A stretch of 32,000 bases of DNA from Acaryochloris marina MBIC11017 (GCF_000018105.1 NC_009932.1:123111-155110); one strand, 5' to 3'. Numbered from the stretch's first letter, positions 17,901 through 26,038 are shown. Made by a program: numbers and translations. Notes: generated from the letters alone by a model not told the origin.

Positions 17901-18083
17901 CTAGAGGGCGCGGAACATCCATTGATTTGTAATTCACCTCTTCCCCAGAACATCAGGATTGACCGCAACAGAGACTGTGACAAGGTAGCTGCTGTCTTAC
18001 ACGAAAGATATCCACAGTTGTTCAGAGATATAGAAGAAGCAGAAAAACACGTTGAAGAACAACGACAAAGTAAGTGGAACTAG
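14970..18083 (+). CDS. caspase-like (peptidase C14) - nSTAND-type P-loop NTPase - TM helix - pentapeptide-repeat protein
   Basis: Caspase dyad: FYFSGHG (His96, nt 15255-15257) and IWLDCCHSG (Cys148/149, nt 15411-15416). Linker: CPYKGLEFFDCNDEDPKYFYGRE. Walker A: GASGNGKSS (15885-15911, Lys312). Walker B-like: VLVIDQFEEVF. TM helix: AGAWLIVPALLILIVSEYII (17136-17195). About 35 pentapeptide repeats span roughly 17367-17900. Confidence 0.9.
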   Translation: MSRDALIVGINRYQYLPDLKAPALDAEAIAQRLEDDGEFDTLYRLPEIIIQGETKKPEIGEKGSVFITKLKQALTQLFLPKSQQIPKTALFYFSGHGLPDQDLVGVDKGYLAASDTNKNNPSSGLSLLWLQSLLSKSPIQQQIIWLDCCHSGSILVNVGAANPGHGESKDRCFIASSRDFEESWEDLNSPYSVLTKALLDGLDPKPLPGRWIDTFSLVDYVNQALKGELQTPVCTNFGEAINLTRSWQVQEESTSVSQVDSGICPYKGLEFFDCNDEDPKYFYGREQLVGQLLDQVRTSNFLALVGASGNGKSSVLRAGLLHQLKLGRRISGSEQWRIRIARPDRQPIQNLALAFVEEGLSDGDRAIALDKVVGLLDKGTAGLQRLVQASAAPRTVLVIDQFEEVFTRCENPEEREHFFACLMGALLDVDNKLCLIIAMRADFIVKCMEQEYSGLARLIDQQMVSVLPMKTNELRAAICRPAEQVDLQVESALVTEILNDIEGAPGSLPLLQYTLKELWNQRQDNQLTFASYQILGGIQGTLDQRATAIYNSFDKAEQQTVQHIFQQLTQLGEGTEDTRRRVFQDDLITEPKHPAQRVQQVIERLSSPENRLIVTSEVVSKSDQSTRMSIVDVAHEALIRHWKLLRQWIELNRDLLRKQRRIEASAISWRNQGQKSGYLLQGLPLIEAIQFNKDKSVTFPLSDNSKAFIQKSVRERRLNQLKAGAWLIVPALLILIVSEYIIRESGVSRNYVQLDGARSTGEKQAVDSLVGGCNAQKEVQWLPSYLAERLFGNCRPLIQAQLEHAKLRHADLRSAILIRANLFAADLNFTDFSDADLRYADLRRTDLNFTDFNHANLNFTKLGNANLNGTNLSDANLIGTNLYSADLRNAILIRANLFSTNLSNVNLYSADLSSTDMSSANLSNADLIRANLSGADLHNTDLFYANLSNANLSNANLSNAILLSSNLRETKNLTQAQLEGAEHPLICNSPLPQNIRIDRNRDCDKVAAVLHERYPQLFRDIEEAEKHVEEQRQSKWN

Positions 18084-18087
18084 TCAA

Positions 18088-18584
18088 TCAAAACACCAAC
18101 TTCGCAATCGCCCCCTCAACCTGCTCATCGGTGACCTCAAGATACCCCGACAATGCGGCCAGCGTCCGATGTCCCAATATTCGCTGAATGTGCTTCGTCG
18201 GCACTCCAGCGTTGTGCATCCGTGTCAGGGCCGTGCGTCTGAAACTATGATTACTAAAGCCTTCCAGTCCCACCCGAGCAAAAGCTTGTCTCAAGATTCG
18301 GTCTGCTGAACTGACCCGGATATAAGAACGGCCATGACGACCAGGGAAAAGATAAGTGCGAGTCAAGTCAGGGCATAAGCCACTAAATACTCATGCAACT
18401 GGGGATGCATCGTTACTTCTCGCGTATCCCGCTTACCCTTCGTCTGATGCCAGCGAAATAACACCGATGGCTTGGGTCCACTGACATTGACCACATCACT
18501 GGTGAGTAATATACAGGCTTCACCGATCCTGAATCCGGTATAGAGGCACACACCAAAGAGGGCCAGATCGCGGGACTTGATTTC
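18088..18584 (-). pseudogene. tyrosine recombinase (phage integrase family) remnant, 5'-truncated and frameshifted
   Basis: The catalytic C-terminal half is split across two frames, overlapping at 18363-18366. One part reads ..SRDLALFGVCLYTGFRIGEA..; the other reads ..YIRVSSADRILRQAFARVGLEGFSNHSFRRTALTRMHNAGVPTKHIQRILGHRTLAALSGYLEV (HxxR, GH, Y). An upstream stop lies at 18585-18587 and the N-terminal domain is missing. Confidence 0.85.
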
Positions 18585-18669
18585 TTATAAAGGTATAGCT
18601 AGAGAAAATTTGATTTCTATTTATTTTAATTCTGTCATTGTTTTAGCTATCCCCTGTCTAGGATCTAAA

Positions 18670-21600
18670 TTAGCCAAAGAGATCATCAACTGCACCTAGA
18701 GTAATCAAGGAACTTTTCTGAGCATCTGTCAGCCCAGTGGTTCTTGAAATATTCGTTTTTTCATAGGGCCTTGAAGGTCTGAAGGTTCTAATGCATTGCG
18801 CTGAATGCAAATCCCATAGCTTCACCGAGCCATCGTCACTTGCTGTGGCAATAGTTTGCCCGTCAGGGCTAAACTCAACCGAAATAACGCGAGCTGTATG
18901 GCCTTGAAAAATCTGTAGGCACTCACCCGTTTCCAAGGACCATAATCGTGCTGTTTGATCTTGGCTTGCACTTGCTAGACACTCCCCATCAGGACTGAAG
19001 GCCACTGACCAAATGAACTGTTTATGACCCGGTAACTCACGGATGCATTTTCTCATTTCAACTGACCAGAGTTGAATGGATTCGTAATCACTCCCACTAG
19101 CAAGGATTTGACCATCAGGAGAAAATGCCACCGACCGAACTCTAGTACCAACATCAATAACCAAAGATTCTTCTGACTCCAAATACCATAGGCGAACAGT
19201 TAGATCATCACTGCCACTAGCCATGATATGACCACTCGGACTAAACGCGAGTCCCCAAATTCGGTTTGTATGCCCTATAAGCTGTTTCAAGCATTCCCCA
19301 CTAGCTACCGACAAGAGTCTGACAAAGGAATCATCACATCCTGTTGCCAGCCATTTCCCATCAGGGCTAAACGCCAAAGGAAAGACTCGATTACCATGCT
19401 CAATGCTATGTAAACAATGACCATCAGGATATGACCAAACCTTAACCACCCCATCTTGGCAGGCTGATGCCAGAATTTGACCTTGGTGTGAGAAAGCAAC
19501 ACCCCACAACCAATTTTGGTGCCCTCGAAAAACTTGGCGGTTATGACCAGTATGAATATCCCACACCTGCAAGGTCCCATCTTCATGTCCATTTGCTAGA
19601 GTCTGCCCATTTGGATGAAAGGACACCGACCAAGTTCGATTGATGTATCCTTGCAGTGTTTGCTGACACACACCAGTGTCTACTCGCCATAGCTTAACCA
19701 TCGATTCACCGCCACTACTCACTAGAAGCTGACTATCCGGGCTAAAGGCAATACCCCAGATCACACTGGCATGTGCTTGAATTGTGCGAAAGCACTGATA
19801 ACTGGCAATCTTCCAGATGCGAATCACACCTTGGTGATCCGAGCTAGCTAACCACTTTCCATCAGGACTAAAAGCAGCATCCCAAATAATACTTTGATGC
19901 CCCTGCAATTTTGCCAAACATGACCTTGTCCTAATCGACCAAACCATGACAGCGTTATCCCAGGCTGCACTCGCCAGTAAATTTCCATCTGGACTAAAGG
20001 TCACTGAGTTGACCATATTGCTATGCCCAGTTCCAGTCCACAGACACTGACCGGACCGAATATCCCAGAGCTTAACAGTGCCATCCTCGCTCCCTGTGGC
20101 GAGGGTCTCTTCATGAGGACTAAAGCAAATAGACTTCGGAGAAGCACCATGAACATCATTGATGGTTCTAAGACATGCACCGCTGTCCAGAGACCACAGT
20201 TTAAGGGTGTTGTCATCACTAACGGTTGCTAAGGTTTGTCCATCTGGGCTAATGTCAAGCGACCACACACGATCGCGGTGTCCTGACAACACTCGTAGAC
20301 ATTCGCCGCTTTCAACAGACCAAACCCGCACTTTGGAATCATCACTGCCACTAACCAGATATTGAGCGTCTGGGGTGAATGTCACACACCAAACCCAATC
20401 CCCAGTCCCTTGAAGGATTTTGAGGGGTTGATAGGAATGCATATCCCAGATGGTGATCTGGCCATCATTCCCCCCCGTGACCATACTTTGACCATCAGAA
20501 CTAAAAGCAACGGAAAAGAAGGCCCCAAAAGATTGAGTAAAGGTACAGTTTCGGAAGTCTGATCCAGTAAGGTCAATTTGGTGAAGAGTCATGCCTTGAA
20601 AATCAGCTTGTCGAAATGTGAGCTGAGATAAGTTACACCCACTTAGGTCTGCTTGCAGCCAACGAAGGAGGTGCAGGCAATTGCTTGCAGCATAGCCCTG
20701 GGAAAATTGAGGATGTTCCCTGAAATATTGAAAGAACTGTAAAAGGGGACGTTGATCGGCAGCAAAGAGTTGAGCAATCGGCTCCAGAATTAATCGGGCT
20801 TGTGTCTTTCTCAGATAGTCTTTGGCTACGGGCTTACAAAGTGCAAAGCGGTTAAAGATATCTAATGCATTAGTTTCCAATTCTTGGATAACTTGTCGAA
20901 TGATGCGGTCAGTTAAATACTCAATCAGTACTGGTTGAAGCGTAAAGCCAACTGAACTCTTCTCAAGGGGAAGTCTTCGTTTTAAATTCTGTAGGGTTGA
21001 GGGCAAGTCCCACTTATCACCGACACGAAGCAGATCGGTCCTGAGTGTAGAAATAGAAACAGGCTCCCGATGTAAGGCTAACCAATAGACAACCTCTTGT
21101 TCTTTCCAGGATAATCGCTCAAAGTGCCAATCTAAGAGCTGTTTTAGATCGTCAAATATAGGTCGGCCTTCTCGAAGGAAGGCTGAAATGCTGCCATTGA
21201 AAACCTCATTGATATGATTTGCAGCCAGTTCAAGAGCAAGGGGGTTGCCATCGTAAAAGGATAGCAAGTGCTCCCAATCTTTATCAGTAGCAGTAAATTC
21301 TCCCAGTTGTGTTAAAAGTTGATGCGCTTCTTCAACCGAAAGCCCTTGCAACTCAAGGCACTGAATATGGTTTCCACCTCCTGTGACAGGACGAATATCC
21401 CGTGGCTTTTCACGACTGGTGAGTAAAAGGCAGCTTTGGTGGTTTACATCTCTAATCTTTTGGACAAGTTGTCCGTAGCCTTCAAAGCCTTGACGATAGT
21501 TCCCTGCCTGCTCACCACCCTGAAGAATAGATTCAAAATTATCCAGTATTAAAAGACAGCGACGTGATTGAAGGTAGTAGAGCAACCGTGATATTTGCTT

Positions 21601-22374
21601 ATCTTCAGATCCAGGTAGTTCAGTTTCCTGCTGATGGGACAAGAATTTAACCACCTCGGTTAGATAATCCCTCAGTGGTGGAGCGTTGAGCAGTTTCCCC
21701 CAAAAAACAAAGTCAAAATCCTCTTGAATCCCATTTGCCAATTTGAGAGAAAGATCGGTTTTGCCGACACCCCCATGCCCTAGCTTGACAGATAAATGTG
21801 TTTTTCCAGAACCTCGGATCCCTACTATAGCTACGAGGCGACAGTGATCATCTACTATCCATCGCTGAAGCATTGAGAGTTCGCGAGTACGACCGAAAAA
21901 AATAGAGACATCGGGTGCATCACCCCAGTTGCAACGAAACTCTCCGCATCTGGCATGTTTAATCCTAGTTTGAGTTTCGGACAGGGGCTCCAACAGGTTC
22001 AATTGATCATAAGGTTGACCCAGCAATAATCTACAGAGTCCATCGACCAGCCAATACTTGTAACTACTGTATTTGCTATTCAAGAAGTTATGTATGGTCT
22101 GATCTGAGGGTACTTTTTCGCTAATGGTTTGTTCCCAATCGTGCAGGAACTTCGATATTTGTAGGCGGCTATATTCAGACTTTCTATATTTTTCGTAAAA
22201 AGCTGTAATAATTTTTTGCTTTAGCTGAGGCGAAATTTCAGTTGAGAAATTAACTCTGCTCATTTGGAATAGGCCGAGGGATAAGTTTTTAGTACCACTA
22301 TTGAATACATAATTTAGTTTACATTGGGTTGTTATTGGTTTGAAATTGGCATCCACTTGGCATCCACTTGGCAT
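18670..22374 (-). CDS. STAND (NB-ARC-like) NTPase with 14 C-terminal WD40 repeats
   Basis: WGDAPDVSIFFGRTRELSMLQRWI..RLVAIVG is followed by two tandem P-loops (GIRGSGKT, GHGGVGKT). Walker B is CLLILDNFE. A short pentapeptide-like linker (LSGCNLSQLTFRQADFQGMTLHQIDLTGSDF) follows. I counted 14 WD40 units (..FSPDG..LASGS.D.T..LW..), about 18775-20545. An alternative start is the ATG at 22263 (MSRVNFS...). Confidence 0.9.
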   Translation of the reverse strand: MPSGCQVDANFKPITTQCKLNYVFNSGTKNLSLGLFQMSRVNFSTEISPQLKQKIITAFYEKYRKSEYSRLQISKFLHDWEQTISEKVPSDQTIHNFLNSKYSSYKYWLVDGLCRLLLGQPYDQLNLLEPLSETQTRIKHARCGEFRCNWGDAPDVSIFFGRTRELSMLQRWIVDDHCRLVAIVGIRGSGKTHLSVKLGHGGVGKTDLSLKLANGIQEDFDFVFWGKLLNAPPLRDYLTEVVKFLSHQQETELPGSEDKQISRLLYYLQSRRCLLILDNFESILQGGEQAGNYRQGFEGYGQLVQKIRDVNHQSCLLLTSREKPRDIRPVTGGGNHIQCLELQGLSVEEAHQLLTQLGEFTATDKDWEHLLSFYDGNPLALELAANHINEVFNGSISAFLREGRPIFDDLKQLLDWHFERLSWKEQEVVYWLALHREPVSISTLRTDLLRVGDKWDLPSTLQNLKRRLPLEKSSVGFTLQPVLIEYLTDRIIRQVIQELETNALDIFNRFALCKPVAKDYLRKTQARLILEPIAQLFAADQRPLLQFFQYFREHPQFSQGYAASNCLHLLRWLQADLSGCNLSQLTFRQADFQGMTLHQIDLTGSDFRNCTFTQSFGAFFSVAFSSDGQSMVTGGNDGQITIWDMHSYQPLKILQGTGDWVWCVTFTPDAQYLVSGSDDSKVRVWSVESGECLRVLSGHRDRVWSLDISPDGQTLATVSDDNTLKLWSLDSGACLRTINDVHGASPKSICFSPHEETLATGSEDGTVKLWDIRSGQCLWTGTGHSNMVNSVTFSPDGNLLASAAWDNAVMVWSIRTRSCLAKLQGHQSIIWDAAFSPDGKWLASSDHQGVIRIWKIASYQCFRTIQAHASVIWGIAFSPDSQLLVSSGGESMVKLWRVDTGVCQQTLQGYINRTWSVSFHPNGQTLANGHEDGTLQVWDIHTGHNRQVFRGHQNWLWGVAFSHQGQILASACQDGVVKVWSYPDGHCLHSIEHGNRVFPLAFSPDGKWLATGCDDSFVRLLSVASGECLKQLIGHTNRIWGLAFSPSGHIMASGSDDLTVRLWYLESEESLVIDVGTRVRSVAFSPDGQILASGSDYESIQLWSVEMRKCIRELPGHKQFIWSVAFSPDGECLASASQDQTARLWSLETGECLQIFQGHTARVISVEFSPDGQTIATASDDGSVKLWDLHSAQCIRTFRPSRPYEKTNISRTTGLTDAQKSSLITLGAVDDLFG

Positions 22375-22386
22375 CCACTTGGCATC
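22348..22386. repeat. 11-bp tandem repeat (ggcatccactt x3.5) at or upstream of the 5' end of the WD40-STAND gene
   Basis: Direct reading shows units at 22348-58, 22359-69 and 22370-80, plus a partial unit at 22381-86. On the coding strand each unit contains an ATG. Confidence 0.9.
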
Positions 22387-22840
22387 AATTCCATTTCAGA
22401 ATACAAAAAGCTATTGATAAAATTTAAATCACGATTTTCTCACTTACAATTGAGATATGATTATGACTACAAGAGTAAGTAACTTATTAAATTACTCAAA
22501 GCTAAGAACTTATTAGTAGCTTCTTCTAAGGATGAATCCATTAATCTCAATATTGCTTGATTCCATTCCTGCTTCAAGAGGTATCTATGTTGTCGAAGTA
22601 CATAATCTCTACCAAGCAATTACTACTTAAAGCAAATAAGTAGTTACGCTTTTCTCTATATATTGGATAAGACAATTTCACAGTAGATACATGAATAGTC
22701 ATACTTAAAGGATAAAATTCCTTATTCCCGTTAATATTTAATAATTAAAGCACCATCTTCTGCATTGATAACAACCCTTTTGATACTACCTCTTACAATC
22801 ATTTCTTAAGATTTAACACTCTAAATTATTGGAATAAATC

Positions 22841-23065
22841 ATGCCAAATTCAACTATTTTCCAAGAGATCAGAATCGGTCTTTCATTCGAGAATCTAAGT
22901 CCAAGTAGTTTCAATTCAGATTTTCTTAAAATTAGTGACATCACCGCTAGCCAAGTTATATGTGGAGCGCGAAGTATAGACATTAAAGCTATATATAGAA
23001 ACCACTTTAGCGAATTTATTTTAATATCGTCGAATTTGCCTTTTTTAGTCTCAATAATTCAATAA
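22841..23065 (+). CDS. hypothetical ORF, weak
   Basis: 74-aa ORF in very AT-rich DNA, where long ORFs are rarer. No motif or RBS recognised. Confidence 0.2.
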   Translation: MPNSTIFQEIRIGLSFENLSPSSFNSDFLKISDITASQVICGARSIDIKAIYRNHFSEFILISSNLPFLVSIIQ

Positions 23066-23411
23066 TGTAGATTTGCTAATAATAAAAATTCCTTGAAATA
23101 CTATCTAGGTTTAGTCTTAAGTGAGCTAAAAAAACAGAGTCTCTAGTAGGTATAGCTTTGAGGTATACTGCGTGATCTGTTCTAACGTTGATATGATTCG
23201 CAAATTTTCTCATTCAATATTTATAGCTTTGAAAACTATAGAAGAAAAAAACCTTAGCATTGGAATACCTTTTATGACAGTGCATTCAATGAATAGGAAT
23301 ACATACAGCTATTTGAAACTATCAAGAAACAAAGTTGAAATTTAAATATCATCTCTTACCAATAAAATAGTGGTTCGACGAATTTATAGCATTACTAGAC
23401 AGTGGAAGAAA

Positions 23412-24002
23412 ATGCTAAACATAAAAAATAAAGGTATTTCCCTTAATGGAGCATGTAAGCTTTCCTGGATAATATTCTTTTTCTTACTTACATCTTGCTC
23501 ATATAGCGACAAAAATAATATTCAAATCACAGATGAAGTCTTAGATGTACATATAAATTATGCAAAGTCATATATCACTGTCCAAAGATATAGGTATCCA
23601 GGAATACCCTGGCCTGAAAAAACGGATAATACAGATATATATATAACAATGTTAAATGGATTTATACAGAAATATGTATCTGCATTTAATGCTTCTAATT
23701 CTACCTTAAACTTCTCGGTTGACCAAAACTTTACTCTAGTAATTGGACAAGTAATCTATGCAGGAAATTGGTCTAATAAAAATGGGAAAATAAGTTTTAA
23801 TGGAAAATTGGATAAATTAGGTAATAATAGTATACCTAAAACCAGTGGTTGCAATGATTCACAAACAATAGAAGGTGAAAAAATTAAAGAAGACTTAGTA
23901 ATTATATCTTTTAAAGAAAATCATGAATGTGATAGTACTAGTAAAGAAGGAAGTAGCCTATATAAATCTTCTGTATCATACAAAATCAGACTTAAAAGTT
24001 AA
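23412..24002 (+). CDS. putative lipoprotein, function unknown
   Basis: From the ATG at 23412 the product is MLNIKNKGISLNGACKLSWIIFFFLLTSCSYSD, a signal peptide with a lipobox-like LTSC. The mature part is N/K/S-rich. The gene lies in the AT-rich islet. Confidence 0.5.
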   Translation: MLNIKNKGISLNGACKLSWIIFFFLLTSCSYSDKNNIQITDEVLDVHINYAKSYITVQRYRYPGIPWPEKTDNTDIYITMLNGFIQKYVSAFNASNSTLNFSVDQNFTLVIGQVIYAGNWSNKNGKISFNGKLDKLGNNSIPKTSGCNDSQTIEGEKIKEDLVIISFKENHECDSTSKEGSSLYKSSVSYKIRLKS

Positions 24003-24106
24003 TTCACTTAAACTATTGATTCCTTTATTTTATCTCAAGAAATAAAGGCGAAAATTGATCAAGTCTTGATCCAAGTTTTTTTAACTTATTTATTCAACAG
24101 AAAGCG

Positions 24107-25042
24107 ATGATGAATTTATCTAGAAGTACAGCATCTTTATTTGGATCTTTTATTGTAATTTTAATTGATGCTAGTATTACTTTGGGAAATGTTCCTAGCA
24201 ATAGGCAAACAGTACATTTTATAAAGTCTTCACCAATTGCCGATTCCAGGTTTTTATTGGATGGGTGTAAAATCTCTGTACTACGAGATACAAGAGATGA
24301 CTGCAAAAAAACCAATTCAACCGAATCACAGACAACTAACCCCAGCACTGATAGTAAAAAAGGTCAAAAACCAAGCAATGAAATAAAAAAATCATTGATA
24401 ATCTCTGATCACTCATTTTTTTCATGGAACTTACCTTTTTTTACATGGCCCATCGCTTCAAAATTAGCAACACATCCTCACATAGACTTAATAAAAACTA
24501 GCTCTTTAGAATCAACAGAGCCAATTAGAGACTGGTCAATGTACGATGAAATAGTTGTAATGGTACATGAAATTATTGGTCAACCCAATAAGATATCTTC
24601 TGGTGATACCCCACAGAGCCTCGCTGCCAAATTGAGAAAAAGAAGAATTAATAAGTATGCTTCAATAGAACTTGTCATTTGCAATGGAGGGACAGCCCAA
24701 TTAGGTTCAGATAAACAATCTTTTGCCAGTTTACTTGCTGCTTATCTTGACAGGCCGATTATTGCTTATACCCACCCGGTGAGAGTTGAAGCTTCTTATT
24801 GTTTCAAAGGATGTAATACATCCAGAATAGTGAGAAGCAATCGGCTAGAGCATAATAAAGAAGGTACTAAATATGAATATTTAATTAGTGATAAACCAAT
24901 AGATCGTCGTTTATATTATCCTAATAAATCTAGTAGTTCTATATCAGGTATACCCAATATTATACTTATAAATAATCTGAAGAAAGCTAATCAACCATCA
25001 GCACAGCCGCTTAAAATTCAACTTCCTCCTAGGAATGATTAG
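24107..25042 (+). CDS. hypothetical protein with an N-terminal hydrophobic segment
   Basis: 311-aa ORF in the AT-rich islet, with N-terminal LFGSFIVILIDASITLG. The C-terminal half has an H..G ... C.GG pattern weakly reminiscent of DUF4347. Confidence 0.5.
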   Translation: MMNLSRSTASLFGSFIVILIDASITLGNVPSNRQTVHFIKSSPIADSRFLLDGCKISVLRDTRDDCKKTNSTESQTTNPSTDSKKGQKPSNEIKKSLIISDHSFFSWNLPFFTWPIASKLATHPHIDLIKTSSLESTEPIRDWSMYDEIVVMVHEIIGQPNKISSGDTPQSLAAKLRKRRINKYASIELVICNGGTAQLGSDKQSFASLLAAYLDRPIIAYTHPVRVEASYCFKGCNTSRIVRSNRLEHNKEGTKYEYLISDKPIDRRLYYPNKSSSSISGIPNIILINNLKKANQPSAQPLKIQLPPRND

Positions 25043-25357
25043 TACTAGACCTCTTGCTTAATTGAACTGTTGATGTGTAGAGGACTAAAAATTCAAATCA
25101 AATTTCGGCATAAATTGAGTTGGATACCTAACAAAAATGAATATTGAAAAAAGGTCAAGTTCATTAAAAGTGTTAGTAAAAATCCAGAAATATTTTAGGT
25201 TATTAATAACAAAAGAATAGTAAAAGGAGAGCAATAATCACTATTTTAAGGAATTAGGCTAACCATTTCTGACAGATCCCAAAGAGTATTTGAATTCACG
25301 CTGAGGGAAATACCCCATTCTTACCGAATCGATCTTGTTTCACAATTTAGAATCTAT

Positions 25358-25391
25358 TCTAGGAGGTCTTTTGACACAAAGACCTCCTAGA
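25358..25391. repeat. perfect 14-bp inverted repeat (hairpin) in an intergenic region
   Basis: tctaggaggtcttt (25358-25371), a 6-nt loop tgacac, then aaagacctcctaga (25378-25391). There is no adjacent T-run on either strand. Confidence 0.8.
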
Positions 25392-25660
25392 GGGGTCAAA
25401 GCATTGGAAATTCGTGAAATGGAGGTCAAGGGGAGTAGAGAGATCGAGCTTATTGAGAATTTATTGAGTTATTGAGAATGAGGCGAAAGTGATTTTAGTG
25501 TACGTCAATGGTTCTTTCTATAAACTGGGTCTTGGCAGCTCAGACGACAGTATGTTTTTCTTATCTGGATTCAAGAATCACTGTTCTGAAGCTCTGAGAG
25601 ATTAATATGAGAAACCAGTAGCTCGATTCATTTTGAGTCATGGTTTTTGGCAAAATTGTT

Positions 25661-26038
25661 CTATTCATCTTCCGTCAATTGAGTTAAATGAATGTGCTTT
25701 CTGCCGACCTTGATTTCAAATTCATCGCCAGTTTGTAAACCCATCTTTTCGGTATAGGCAGACCCGATAACCATCTGCCCATTCTGATGAACTTTGATCC
25801 GATAGCTTGCTTCTCGACCTCTACCGTCGCTATTGGCATCACCATCTAGTGAAATGCCCTTGGCTTCCAAAATGGCATTCATAAAACCACTCAGGTTAAC
25901 TTTCTTGCCAACTACATAGCCACACTCTTTCGCTTTTTCCCGTTTCGAGAGGTGAGATAAGTCCTTGAGCTTATTGAGTAGTTCTTTCCCGACTAAGGGT
26001 TGTTTACCTTGTTTCTTCGCAGCTGCCTTTTTTGCCAT
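25661..26038 (-). CDS. cyanobacterial AbrB-like (cyAbrB) transcriptional regulator
   Basis: Lys-rich N-terminus, then ..LSKREKAKECGYVV.. and a C-terminal AbrB/SpoVT-type domain, ASYRIKVHQNGQMVIGSAYTEKMGLQTGDEFEIKVGRKHIHLTQL. This is the architecture typical of cyAbrB (CalA/Sll0359-type) proteins. Confidence 0.88.
   Translation of the reverse strand: MAKKAAAKKQGKQPLVGKELLNKLKDLSHLSKREKAKECGYVVGKKVNLSGFMNAILEAKGISLDGDANSDGRGREASYRIKVHQNGQMVIGSAYTEKMGLQTGDEFEIKVGRKHIHLTQLTEDE

Noticed and set aside
18052-18309. Plus-strand ORFs 18052..18309 and 31515..31775, which are similar to each other.
   Set aside because: They are the antisense reading of the two integrase remnants. Their similarity simply reflects the DNA repeat. 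The minus strand carries the integrase catalytic motifs.
15851-20576. Antisense or alternative-frame ORFs within the two STAND genes and their repeat regions (15851..16306, 15865..16146, 17425..17706, 17483..17686, 19228..19413, 19305..19592, 20001..20576 set).
   Set aside because: They are embedded in long ORFs with unambiguous domain content. The pentapeptide and WD40 repeats generate stop-poor alternative frames.
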